DNA from: Heteronotia binoei
Lineage: Eukaryota
NCBI RefSeq assembly: GCF_032191835.1
Contig: NC_083240.1
Span: forward strand, 27,776,001 to 27,840,000
DNA length: 64,000 nt
Reading direction: 5' to 3'
Under the pieces are notes generated by a model that saw only the letters and a program-made list of their open reading frames with translations, had not been told where the DNA came from and did not search any database. Within the stretch, counting starts at the first letter, position 1, and the number at the start of each line of letters is the position of its first letter. A program made the translations under genes and the position numbers. Of the stretch, positions 11,666 to 24,890 are shown in pieces.

Positions 11666-12680
11666 ATGAAACCGAACATCCTCTTGGCTTTTAGGGCAAT
11701 AGTAGGAAAGTTTATTGCAGGGTACAACAAATGTCACATTCTACTTGGAACAATGTGTTCAAATGGTATTCCATCTCTGTTTGCTGCTAGGGCCTATGAG
11801 TTTCCTCACTCTCTTCATCTAAATAGGCACCAATCGCATTGCAAAGCAAGGCAATTCACTCTAGCACCTTAGTGAAAGCTGAGTTGGTGGCAAGGGGGCA
11901 ACCCACCTGTGGCAGAACCGGCCCAATTCTGCCTTCAGACCCAGCCCCGTCAACTCCGTTTTGAGTTGCCAACTCCTAAAGGAAGCTAATCTTCTTCCCG
12001 CCCACTAGAGCACACTGCCATCACCTGTTCAACTTAGGGGTTCCTGACCGAGAGGAACAGGACTTCCAATCCCCCTTCCTGCCAGTTCTGAGGCCTGGCC
12101 TCAAGGTCCTCTGCCAACCCAGCACCTGGTTAACCCAGAGGCCAAAGTCCTTCTTCAGGAGACCCCTGGAGGATTGGCCCTGTTGCAATGAACAAACACT
12201 AGCTGGTTCCTAGCATCTGCACCCAAGGGCCTTTGCCTGAGGGCACAGTGGGGTGCATCTTGTCGAAAACACACCCACATGTAAATGAATGCATGTAGAC
12301 ATTCCAATACTCTACCTCTCTTCTATCTTAACCCCCAGCACCAACCAGGAAATGCTACTGAAAATGTTTGAGATGCAACTGTGTTGAATACAGAAAGATC
12401 GCTAATATTTTGGAAGGAAGTAAAATCTTTATAAACTGAAGAGCAAAATAGACTGTTTCAAAAGCCAGTGTGTATCTAGCTCTTGAGAAGTGAGTGTCCC
12501 CAGTAGAGTTCTCATACTTAAGAGGCAACTGAGCCTGGTGACCTATAGCTACCTCAAAGAGACTGGGAGGGAACGCTGGTTTTATTTCTCTGTCACACAC
12601 ACATACTCTCTCTTCAATGACCACTTACAGCACCAACTGTTTCAAGTCCACTGAACTTTCTAATAGGAGAAACTTAGGAT

Positions 12681-12746
12681 CAGTGTTTCCGCTAAGCTGA
12701 GTTAGTGTGAGCTAGCTCACGATTTTTTAGCCTCCAGCTCACACAT
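12681..12746. mobile_element. hAT MITE end fragment (family of 30399-30592)
   Basis: CAGTGTTTCCGCTAAGCTGAGTTAGTGTGAGCTAGCTCAC is the inverse of the 30.55-kb end. Confidence 0.6.
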
Positions 12747-12839
12747 CAAACCAAACAACCATCAAACAAACAACATTTGTGGTAGGGTAGGAGCTCTCAC
12801 GAGTCATTGCTCACTTCAGATGGACTCACATTCTAGCTT

Positions 12840-12968
12840 TATCTGTGGTGAGCCGTGACCCACAAAAGCTCATCCCCTGCCACAAATTTTGTTAAGTCTT
12901 TAAGGTGCTACTGGACTCTTGCTGTTTTCTGTTGCTACAGACAGACTAACATGGCTACCCATCTGGAT
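12840..12968 (+). mobile_element. Penelope-like element terminal repeat fragment
   Basis: CACAAAAGCTCAT...TTTGTTAAGTCTTTAAGGTGCTACTGGACTC...ACAGACTAACATGGCTACCC; ribozyme core degenerate. Confidence 0.7.
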
Positions 12969-13194
12969 TCCTCTGGAAGGGGTGAGCAAAAGTAGAGAAC
13001 CACTTAAGGTGGTAAATTTGACTGAGCTTGAACGCAACACAACTCACTATGCACTGGATCACATTGCTTATCCCTCCCACCCCCGCCAAGTTGTCCTAAA
13101 GGAATAAACTGTTGCTAAATTTCATGTTCTCACTTAGTACAATGGACCCTATTCTGAGACTTATTCAAATTCCCAGGAACACATTGCAAATTGT

Positions 13195-13532
13195 GGCAGC
13201 ACCTGAAATATGGAATGCCCTCCCAGAGGCCATAAGAGCCCTGCGGGATCTCTCAATTCTGCAGGCCTGCAAAACTGAGTTATTTTGACAGGCCTTTGGT
13301 ACCTAAATCAGAAGAGGAGTGCCATCTTACACTACTGAGAAATTGCTATCACTACAGGATCACCGTTAGCAAAGGACGATTCTGCCTGGGTTGTTGCTGA
13401 ACAGCACCATAAAATGTCTTAAAATGTTTTAATTGTATTTATTGTTTGAAGTTAGTTGAACTAATAGTCAGCCGCCCTGAGTCCGCTTGCAGAGAGGGCG
13501 GGATAAAAATTCAAGGTAGTAATAATAATAAA
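13195..13532 (+). mobile_element. L2 LINE 3' end
   Basis: TGGAATGCCCTCCC...AGCCGCCCTGAGTCC...GGGCGGGATAAAAAT...(AAT)n; same tail as the RT-bearing copy at 24.2-24.9 kb. Confidence 0.75.
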
Positions 13533-13867
13533 TTGTCTGGAAACAGCATCTGAACACACATACCCTTTTAGATCACCGCACACAAGGACCCCGCATACCA
13601 GGGGATCATTACACTAGAACACTCCATGTTAACCTGCTAGCTTGCTTTCTAAAAGAAGATCTAACAAACAATCCTAAGCCTGCATTATTCAGTGGCAGAA
13701 TCCTCCCCAAACATGTAAATCAGTTCTCAGAAGAAAATTACATTCATGGATCTGCTTTCCAAATTGAGGAAAGAGTTGGAGGTATGGCCATTACCATGGC
13801 TCTTGAGCTCACACAGGACTACGCAGTAGATGTTATGGTCTATACAGACCTTTTATGTGACCCATCA

Positions 13868-14145
13868 TAGCCAGTTTGGTGTAGTGGTTAAGTGTGCGAA
13901 CTCTTATCTGGGAGAACCAGGTTTGATTCCCCACTCCTCCACTTGGCACCTACTAGCATGGCCTTGGGTCAGCCATAGCTCTGGCAGAGGTTGTCCTTGA
14001 AAGGGCAGCTGCTGTGAGAGCCCTCTCCAGCCCCACCCACCTCACAGGGTGTCTGTTGTGGGGAAGGAAGGTAAAGGAGATTATGAGCCGCTCTGAGTCT
14101 CTTCGGAGTGGAGGGTGGGATATAAATCCAATATCTTCTTCTTCT
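13868..14145 (+). mobile_element. full-length Squam3-like SINE
   Basis: A-box TGGTGTAGTGGTT, B-box GGTTTGATTCC, body, and (CTT)n tail. Confidence 0.88.
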
Positions 14146-14706
14146 AATATTATTACTTATTAGTAACCATGCTGTGTGAAATCAGCTGGTTGTACAAGAA
14201 CAAAGTGCAGCAGAATTAAATTCCAGTGACTGGAGTGTTGGAAAAAACTGCAATATGCTACCTTAAATGTAGAATCTCAAAGCTGAATGATGGTGCTACT
14301 CCTAATTGAAGGAAAACCATTATCATTCATTACAAGTAGCTACAGAAGCTATGCTGGTCAAAGAGTTCCCATTATGTGGTTGCAGACAAGAGGTACTGGT
14401 GAAAACAGTGAAGGGGATAGGGTGGAATACAATACTTGATACAAAAAGCATCTCACTGCAGCACAAGTCTAATATATTTCTCCCCAGCTGATCCGCTGTC
14501 AGGAAGCCTGTCTGTGGTCACTGGAGTGGCTGCATAGCAATTTTCAAAAATACAGAACACCATGCAACTCCAATGATTTCTATGTAAGGGATGTTCAAGC
14601 TATACTGGTTTTGTTACTGAAACAGCCAGGGTTACAAGTTCTATCCTTGTCACCACCTCCTACGCCATCAAATTCACTGGCACTTAGGTCAAGAACCAAC
14701 CCCATT

Positions 14707-14744
<38 letters not shown>
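14707..14744. repeat. (TC)n(AC)n compound microsatellite
   Basis: Seen directly. Confidence 0.9.
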
Positions 14745-14750
<6 letters not shown>

Positions 14751-16154
14751 ACTCTCATTGAAAGTTGGTCTTCCCAATATGAAGCCACCCTCACAAAATC
14801 AATCATGCTAGGTCACAACAGTACAAAGGGTTCTTACTGGTGCAGGAAGAACAAAGGCTGCAAGATGGCACAATAGAGATTTCCAGCTCAAGTTAGTTTA
14901 TAAGAATTATACATCTGTCTACTGAGTAATGGTGGAGCTATCCTATGATCTGATATTCTGAAGTAATTTATTCTAGTTTCCATATTCTGACAGGCACTGG
15001 GATCAATTTCTGGCTAACTGCTGCCAGTTGTTGGCATCCTTACATAGAATGCTGAACAAGTCAACCTTCATCTGTTCCTACAAGGCACTTGCGTTCATAA
15101 AAGCAGACACACAGAACCAGTGAGCTTGAACTAGTTATGCCTTAACTTGTTCAGGGGATCCCAAGCATGCACTGTTTTGCTTTGTAAATGTAACAGGTCT
15201 CACTAAATCAGCAAGATTCTAGTAAGAACAGAGATGTAAAGGTTGAAGACACCTATCGGTATCAACAGAAGCCTCCACATATTGCGATCTGCAGAACCTC
15301 TAAAGCAGTAATCCCCAACATAATACCCACGGGCACCATGACGCTTGCCAGATGGTTCACGAAATGTGTAATACGGTGTATGTTTGCCCCACCTACAAGA
15401 CCTTCTCTGACTTCTGTATCTGAGATCGAAACCACCAGCCTACTTAGGTGGCATGTTAAATGATGTGGTATATTAAAGCAAGGCCATACGCAAACACCAG
15501 CCCAAAAAGGAAAACCAATTTCAGCAATGTTCAGGGGCTTAGCTGGCCTCCAAGAAATTTAGGATTGCAGAAGCTAAGCAGCAATTATGTCCAAGGCCCA
15601 TCCACATATTCATGTTTATTGCTCGTTATTCTCAACTGGGCACTGCAGCTACATTGTGGTTGTGTAAGCCAATTTTAAAGTTATATGTCATGTTTTCTTT
15701 GGGATGGCTCTTACACAGATGGAGGTTGCACTATGAGATCAAATCCCATGATTAACATGTATAACTGTATCTGAGCCTAAGTCAAGATCTTTTCCTTGGG
15801 ATAACTGGAGGGTGGGGGACCATGGACTTTTGGGATTATTTAGGTAAAGGAAAAGTTAGACAGTCATCATGATGCTCTTTCTGCCAACTTGAACTCAATC
15901 ACCACATCTTGATGAAAAGCACCCTTTTACTGCAACCAAACTGCTCCTGAAATAATAATGGGCATCTATCTGCCTCTTACTCCTCTCCAGCGTCTAGAAC
16001 CCATTTTTAAGACTGTGCAGAAAAATTTGAATAAAGCACGTAGGGCATATTCTGCACTCTGAAGCTGCAGTGGCTGTCAGGCACCCTCCCAGACACTCAG
16101 CTTATGTCTAGCAAGAAGAAAGCAGACTCCAACACAAGACCATAGTGAAGTAGC

Positions 16155-18936
16155 ACTGACATCAGATCTGTAAGTTTATTTGCTCAATGTACGACGGCTA
16201 CATAATGACTCACATTCATGATATTCCATCACTGAGGAAAACTGCTAAGAATGGTCCGTGTGTGAAATAATTCCTTACAGAAACACGGAGTTGGAAAAAT
16301 AATCACTGATTAGACCTTAAAAAGAGTTCACTGCATAACATGACAGAAAAGCACAAACAAAGGCTCATTCAAAGAACAGAGTCATTTTTCTCCTACACTG
16401 TAATAGTTATAATTTCACCATGACGAACACCAGACATTAAGATTAAGCTAACACTGGTGTCTTCTTTTGCTTTCCTTTTTTTAAAAAAACAAAATCATAT
16501 ATAATTGCATGTCACTATAGCAACATCCATAACAGATCAGTTTTGCTACGATCACTATTTGGTGGAGCAAACTTTACTCCCCAAAAAGGAAAAAAAAATA
16601 AATTAAAAAATTTTTAAAAAATTGTTGAAGACTATTGTCATAGGAATACATAACATCTACAGTATAAGTTAATAAATTTCAAGCTACTTTATAGAAATAC
16701 AACACCAGCATGCACAATATTGTATCAATAGAGTAATGGAGCAGTTATTCATTTCACTGGAGAGACAGTTATCATAGGCAAGTGCATTTCTTTTTAAAAA
16801 ATGAAAGAAACCATTCAAGCTGCTCACAAGTCCCCCAACCCCCCCACCCGCCCACTCCATATGTAGCCCTCTTGTGCAATCTTTTCCCCTGCATAAAGTT
16901 TTCCTAAAGCAGCCAGAGCTAAAAAGCTGAAATCAAGAAAGGTTTTGTAATTCCAGTAAATTGTTTCCAAATGATAAAAAGCCAGGAACACGCACGGCTC
17001 ACTTGACATGACTGCAAATTAAAGAGGAGCCTAAGCATCCTTTCCAGCCCAGGACTTTCCCCTTTTCTTCAGTTACCTAAGTTGCAAGCCTCTCTTCCCT
17101 CCTCTTAAATCCAACAGGATGCAAAAGCCAGGCTGTTGGCGCTGCACATTATTCAGGTGGCCAAGAATGGAAAGTCACTGAGTGCAAACTGTCATACTGC
17201 AACAAAGTACAAGGAGTTAAAAATGTATCTGCACTGGATGTATTCATGGGACTTTGCTAGCATTTGCAATGTCAACCCATTTTAAACTTTGACTTTCGGA
17301 CTGCAAACCGCTAAGAAAATGTATCCTGTCGTTCAGGCTCACCACATCCAAACTTTGCCATGCTAACTGGACCACCATGTGAAACAAGACGCTCTGTTTC
17401 CACAAGGGACCACAAATGTTTGTGCAACGGTAGTTGTGAGTGCAAGAGTTTCGTTCTGCGGTGCTTTGGATAAACAAAAGGAACATGGTCAAATATAATT
17501 CTTCAAATTCAAGAAGGAAAACAGCAATGGATTTCCATTGGTCATGATTTTGCTTTCTTTTTTAAAAAGTAGTCAAATAGGGGGCAAAAGCATTACCTGA
17601 TCAGCTATATTATTTTCTTCTAGGCAACTGAGACTTACAAATGAACAAATCCTTTTTTATAGGACAAGTTCCACAGTGCCTAAGATTTTGGTTTAAAAAG
17701 AAACACACACACAAGCCAACCATTGGCAACAAACTCTCACTTTTATGGATTTCTTCAACAGAATGTTCCACTCTTACTGCAGTCTTTAGCACAGAACAGA
17801 GCTCTAGCTCTGGCAAAGACAAAAGGAGCCTGGGGCGGGGGGCTTCAAAGATCTGCTGACAAACCTCATAGCACAATGGGAGAAAGTCAGGTTATGAGCA
17901 AAATGGTAGCGTGATCCCTGAGACAGGGGCAGGACACCTTCATTTAGAAACCAATAAATAAACTGGGATGAAATTGAGAATACCACACAAAATATGGAAC
18001 ACACAGACCTGAATCAGCATAAGTTAAGTGGCATTGTATTTTAACGTCTTACCCACTCTAATTAAAATTCTGAACCCTCTATGCAGTGGACTCTTGGTAC
18101 TTTATATAGCCGCTTGCCAAGCACCCATTAAAATGGCAACGAATTGGAACAACATGGATGTTTCTCAGGCAGATTCTTGTACCTGGGAAACCAAATAGGG
18201 TGGGTAAGATAATTACACAGACTGGACTGGAGGAGGGTGGCAAGCTAGTAAAACAGACAAGAGAAAGTTTATACTCAATGGCTCGATGTCAAATATGGCT
18301 GTCATATAGAAATACTGTAAACCATAATTTAGTGTTAATACTGCAAACTATTTTAAGCATCTTGACAAGAAAGCCCAAAGGCCTATAATTCGAGCCGGGG
18401 GGGGGTGTCTTTTAAAATTATGCTATGATAAAGAGGTTCCCCAACGTCTGGGGCAGGCGGTAAGAAGAGGGAGATACATAACTGTACTTAACAGAAGCAT
18501 ATGGCATTTCAACTGAAAAGATGGATGAACCCTTACTGGAACCACAGAACTGCTTTTCAACCAAAAAAAAAAAAAAACAGAAAACAAGGGCCATTCCATT
18601 CAAGTTAGTCATTATCAACTTTGTGTATTTCTAGCAATTAAGATAACTTAAAGACAGCTCCCCCTTGAATTAAGTCTACAGAACAGTCCATATGCCATTG
18701 TGAGGCTGCCATTCCATTCCACTCCCTACCAGCACAGCCAGCCTGACTTTCCACTAGTGGTGTTTTGGCAAAAGTGTCAACGAGGCAATCAAAGACAGGT
18801 TATGGGGGAGCCTCCCTGGAAGGTCACCCCTCCTTTCCCCTCCCCCTCCCCTGACACCCTCCCCCCCACTTGTGGGAAAAAAAATAAAGACTGCAGTAGT
18901 AGCATCGGCGTGCGGCTGCCAGTCCATCAGAGGGGT
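16155..18936 (-). other. YWHAG: YWHAG 3'UTR (about 2.8 kb)
   Basis: No recognisable TEs between the stop codon and the AATAAA at 16180-16175; dense in miRNA seed matches. The exact cleavage site is inferred. Confidence 0.8.
16175..16180 (-). terminator. YWHAG: polyadenylation signal AATAAA
   Basis: Plus-strand TTTATT; the mRNA reads ...CATTGAGCAAATAAACTTACAGATCTG. Position fits a long YWHAG 3'UTR. Confidence 0.8.
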
Positions 18937-19626
<690 letters not shown>

Positions 19627-20329
19627 TCAGAGACCTGGCTCTTCACTTGAAGGCTTGCTCCTTCCAAACCTACACCACTTCTATTGCCTTTAAAATCCTA
19701 GACTGATACTTAAACATTTCCAGACCATTAATATCTGTCAACAGAATATCAAATGCTTTTCAAAGGAGCAATATGTTGGGTATTCAGCTGCATAAACTGC
19801 AAAATATTCAGACAAAAAATCAAAAGATCATTTTAAAAGCAGGAACAGTTATTGTGACTGTTTACATCCTTGACAGGAATTGATGTTTTACTTTGCATCT
19901 GTAGACTTATTTTCCAAAGGCTCACAATAAGTAATAAGGGAAACTCCAACACTAAGGGCTGTCACACTGAAGTGTGAAAGGGAATCCAGATTTGGTTCCC
20001 AGATCTTCAGCAGGGGTCATAGCCTTAATTGCCCGGGTCAGTAGCAAAAGCTTCCAGTATCCTCCACTGTATGCACGAAAAGCGTAGGACAACACAGAGA
20101 GATGAAAATAAATTTTCTGCAAGAATCTGACATCAGTGTTATGGGGTAGAAAGGATACATTACAAAAGACTACTTCCCATCACCACTAGGCAGTGAATGT
20201 TAAACAGACTAGTTTCACTAGCTCCTAGAAACAACAATTAGCAACTAAGCGCCAACAAAACATGTTGACCAGAGGCATAAAAAATAGGTATAAAAATCTG
20301 AATGAAAGTACATCCAGGAGTCTGCCGTG

Positions 20330-20433
20330 TTAAGTCTGTTGCTGCAAAACAGTAAAAAGTCCAGCAGCACCTTTAAGACTAACAAATTTTATTGCAGCAT
20401 AAGCTTCTGAGAAACATTCTCTTCGTCAGATGA
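20330..20433 (-). mobile_element. Penelope-like terminal repeat fragment with degenerate hammerhead core
   Basis: The minus strand reads CATCTGACGAAGAGAATGTTTCTCAGAAGCTTATGC...TTTGTTAGTCTTAAAGGTGCTGCTGGAC. Confidence 0.7.
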
Positions 20434-20487
20434 ATAAAAGTACAGACACATAACACTGGTGTTTTAAGGAGGGATTCTTGAAGGATA

Positions 20488-20560
20488 GAATGTTGTTAGC
20501 CGCCCTGAGTCTGCTTGCAGAGAGGGTGGGATAGAAAGTTAAAGTAATAAATAATAATAG
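20488..20560 (+). mobile_element. L2 3' tail fragment
   Basis: TTAGCCGCCCTGAGTCTGCTTGCAGAGAGGGTGGGATAG...AATAAATAATAAT. Confidence 0.65.
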
Positions 20561-23500
20561 AGAAAAATTCAACCCCAAAATAAAAATCAGAACCCAGTAG
20601 TAAATATTAAAAAAACAAAAATGGAGAGCAAAAGGAAGGCAAGCTAAAAGCAAGGATGCAGGAAATGAGCTCTTTAATAGCATAAATAAGGGATATAAAT
20701 GTAGCAGAGGTAAGCTAAGTGAGGGAATTCTCACAGGCAATGGAAACAGAAAGCCATTTTTTATTGAACCCCACCAAGTTATCTTTGGTTTTAACAGGTT
20801 TATACCTGACTTTCAAGTTACAACCCACAGCCACAAATAGCAACTTAAGAGTGTGGCATTTAAGCTTCTCAACACCTCCCCCTCTGTACTAGATAGAGCC
20901 TGTGTTACTTAGCAGTACAGCCAAAAAACTTGCAGGACCAATAACCAGCATGCACAACAGGTCACTGTTATACTGAATTTAGCATTGACAGCATGAGTTT
21001 CATAAACAGGTGCCCAGAATAAGACCTGCCTGCAGCACTAGCTAATCTATGGCATTACTGCTAGAATACACACTGTCCCCACAATTGAAGGCAGCTATTC
21101 AAGGCAAGAGTAGCCATCTAAGTCATACTTCACTAAATCAATTAAAAAGCCTACTTTATATCATTGCAGAGCCTTACTAATTCACAAGGCATGAGCTCTC
21201 TGCACAACTAAGGTAGCCACCACCATCCAGTGAATATTCTAGATTGCTCATGGAAGCAGCTCATGGTTGTGTGGAGATCAAAGCTGACTTGGGCACCAGG
21301 AGTCAAGGTTGCTTGTACTTCCCATCTATTGCTAATCAGAGACCGACATCAGCAGATGCAAGCATGCTTTTGCCTCCAGCAAAGAACATAAAGATGGGAT
21401 CTAAAGGATAAGATAGACATGTTCAAAAAGGTCACTGCACCCCTCTAGTAAGCATCTCACTATTTGGGGCAATGAAACAATTACATGTTCAAGAGTGCTT
21501 CAAAAAGCTACTTCGGGCACTTTGAGCTTATTTTAATTAGACAGTCTTAGCCATAGTTCAAGGGGACATTATTGTATATTGGAAGAACTGGTTTTATACA
21601 GTTTAGAAGCCAGGAAAGGAAAAGTGTGTGAGTGCACTAAGGGTATGCACTAATCTTTACTTTTCCTTCTGAAAAATCATTTGAGATACTTATAAAAAAT
21701 TCAACATTCCCTAATATTTAACAAAGAGAAAGACAGCATTCCAGAAACAGGTCTTAAGTGTAAGCTAGTAATTCTGATGTGTGCTTTTCTTGCTCAGGCA
21801 TGCAGACAGATGACCACCCATGACAGGCCCTGAAAACTTCAGATGTTTACCTCCTCATCCAGTACTTGAACCAGAACGGGCCCTTCTGCCTAACTTTTTA
21901 TTGTCATTCTTTACAATTTAAAACATGTTTGCAGTTTAAAAGAGCAAGCAGGTATGACAACTTTTTAAAGCTCAATCACAGTATTTTCTCCTCAAGCTAC
22001 TGATACACCTATGTGATTTATAGAAGCATATATTAGCTAGGAACCTGCATGGAGACTCTAAAGCCTAATTTTTAAAAATCCTATTCAAAGCTTGATGAGG
22101 AATTTTTTTGGGGTGTGTGTGTCAAATAATGTTTTGTAAAAATTCAGAATGCATTGTTTTAATTTAAGAACTAATGCTAAGGCACTGAAAGCTGTCAGTC
22201 TCCACAGCATCATTTGCTAGTTCTGGGTCAAACTGGTGATTACAATTTCTCACATGATGGAAGAGATGAGACAAGAATTTTAGCTTTGGCCTTGACTTGA
22301 CTAACCCAGTCAATCAGATGTGATTATAACTTGTTTTAAATTTAGATTAATCAATTTGTTTGGAGATTTTCCCCCCTCCTCCACCACCTCCTCTTTATAA
22401 AAAACAAAAAATACATGTTCTCTAATAAAATCCCTAAAGGTAATAATCTGAAACACATTAGAACTCTGAAACTACCCAGTTTACTTAATATTGTATTAAC
22501 ATCCATTCATTGTTAATTTTATGAGACAATTTTTTAAAATGACAAATTTCCACTGAAAAAAAATTCTGCTTCATATTAGGGTGCAGGAACCAGAAATTCT
22601 CAGATCTGCTGCCCAATATTTTCATGGTACAGCTGGCAAGAGGCCCACACTCATTGTTCCATTCTATCAAAGGCTTCCTCCCAAAATACTTGCTTGTTTT
22701 TATTGGTATCTTCGCTAGCAGTACCATATTTCATCCAGTGTTTCACTCACAGTATCATGGAAATTAAGGACAGCAGCACCCAAACATGAGAATCTGCCCA
22801 GCAATTCAATGGAAAAAAGGCTCCACACGTACTTATTTTGACTACCAGGGAGGGGAAAATGTACAAAAAACAGTACAGTAAAAGCTTTATCATCTGGCAC
22901 TTACAGGGAATGGGGGTTGCTCAGTTAATCAAATGTGCCAGATAACATCAATTCATTGCTCTCACATGCATCCAGAAGACTCTGATGACCGAACCCTACC
23001 AGGAATACCAAAATAACATCCCCCATGTTTTGTGGGATCCTTACCCCCCCCCCCAAAAGCCATGGAACAGTCCAATACAGCAGGCAGACAAGCAGGCCAG
23101 CTACTCGGGAGCCCTCCAGCACAGCTGGCTCTCAACTCAAGTCAGACTGAAGGGAAAAATAGCAGCCAAAGATGCTATCAGCTGACAAGGCTGGCTATTA
23201 GAAGCCGAGCAATGACTGGAGGCATCACGAGGGAGTAGGGCAGACACATGTCCAAAGATGCAGGGTTATGGGGAAATAAAAGAGAGGAATGTGCCCTACA
23301 GGCAATGCCAGTTAACAGAGCACTTTGAATAATCATGTTGAAGATAATAACACTTTTAACTTTTATCAGAGGATAACATTACCCCCCTCCCTCAATCAGA
23401 AGATACTCAAAGTCCTACTCATGATTCCATCCAAAGAGGGGATTTTGATGGTTTCAAAAGGACAAACATTCACACAAATAAGTGTAAGGGGTATTCAAAT

Positions 23501-23641
23501 GTTTTTCTCTAATTCTAGTGTCAATTCTTTGTCCCAACCAATTCTCCAACATACTACCAAGATATACTGCCATTGCAAAGTTTTCACCAAAGCCTTTTCT
23601 GAACCAGCCACGATGCCCAAGGTAGCTTACAAAGCAACAGT

Positions 23642-23757
23642 CAGGGCTTTTTTTGAGCAGGAACACACAGGAACGCAGTTCCAGCTGGCATGACACCAGG
23701 GTGTGTGGTCTAATATGCAAATGAGTTCCTGCTGGACTTTTTCTACAAAAAAGCACT
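23642..23757. mobile_element. CAGGGCTTTTT MITE (octamer-bearing)
   Basis: Homologous to 11545-11665; a partial second repeat follows at about 23775-23820. Confidence 0.7.
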
Positions 23758-24177
23758 GCGTGAAAGGATGGTGATATCAGGGGGTGTGGCCTAATATACA
23801 AATAAGTTCCTCCTGGACATTGTCTTGGGGGAAAAGTCCTGGCAGCAGTAATTTGCATCCTAGCACAGGTGGCTCTGAACAACTATTAAATAGCAAAGAG
23901 GAGTTTCATTTAGACAAGTAATCAAGCCAGCCATTAGACACCCGCCCAACTTCAGTCTGTTCTGAACAAGTGGCAAGTTTTGATTGCAGGTACTTTTATG
24001 CGTAATGCAACATCCATTCAATGCAACTTTAAGTTCATTCTGGTATTTTCTCTTAAGCATAAAAAATCTAGGAATTACAAGAAAGGCGACATTAAAACAG
24101 TACAACAATGCCTGCCAGCTGAGAGAGCACCTGCAAAGGCAAGCTTGATTTTGTCCTGCCTTGGGCTAGAACAGAAT

Positions 24178-24890
24178 TTAATTTTTAGATTTTTATCCCG
24201 CCCTATCCCGCAAGCGAGCTCAGGGCGGCTTACAATAAAACAGCACAGAGTTAAAATAATATCATAAAAACAGACATTACAAAACAGGAACAGCACAGTA
24301 AACAATCTTACAGACATAGACGGTAAACAGCATGCGGCTGATGGCTAATAGCATAGCATAACACCATAATGGTGAAATGCTGGGGGAAGTGATGACTTTC
24401 AAGGACACCTGCTGGATTAATTAAAAGCCTGGCAAAAGAGCTCTGTCTTACAGGCCCTGCGAAAATTGATAAGTCCCACAGGGTCCTGATCGCCAGCGGG
24501 TAGGGGCCCAGACCGAAAAGGCCTTGGCCCTCGTTGAAGCCAGCCGGGTGTCCTTAGAACCAGGGACTATAAGGAGATGATGAGCAGCTCAGAGCCCGGG
24601 GGGGAGGGGGGGCGGGTTCATATGGGGAGAGGCGGTCCCAAAGATATGCAAGCCCCTGGCCATAAAGGTAAGGACCAACACCTTGAACCGGATCTGGTAC
24701 TCGAGAGGTAGCCAGTGCAGTTCGCGCAGCACCAGATGCATCCGTGCCCATTTAGGCCCTGATGCCAACAACTGGGCTGCTGCGTTCTGCACCCACTGGA
24801 GTTTCCAGAGCAGGGTCAAGGGAAGCCCCACATTGAGAAAGTTACAATAGTCTAATCTGGAGATGACTGTTGCATGAATCACTGTGGCTA
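24178..24890 (-). mobile_element. L2 LINE, 5'-truncated (RT C-terminus + 3'UTR)
   Basis: ORF 24921-24589: VIHATVISRLDYCN...LQWVQNAAAQLL...LRELHWLPLEYQIRFKVLVLTF, typical of the L2 clade. Confidence 0.88.

Noticed and set aside
13868-13940. tRNA gene-like A/B boxes (also at 1511, 57513, 60957)
   Set aside because: These are SINE heads followed by the SINE body and tail; I cannot draw a full cloverleaf for them.
1-16000. HSPB1, the expected downstream neighbour
   Set aside because: No alpha-crystallin or WDPF-like peptide in any listed ORF; it probably lies outside the window.
20397-20433. Second functional hammerhead ribozyme
   Set aside because: The catalytic GAAA is altered (AGAA) and stem II is irregular; it is probably inactive.
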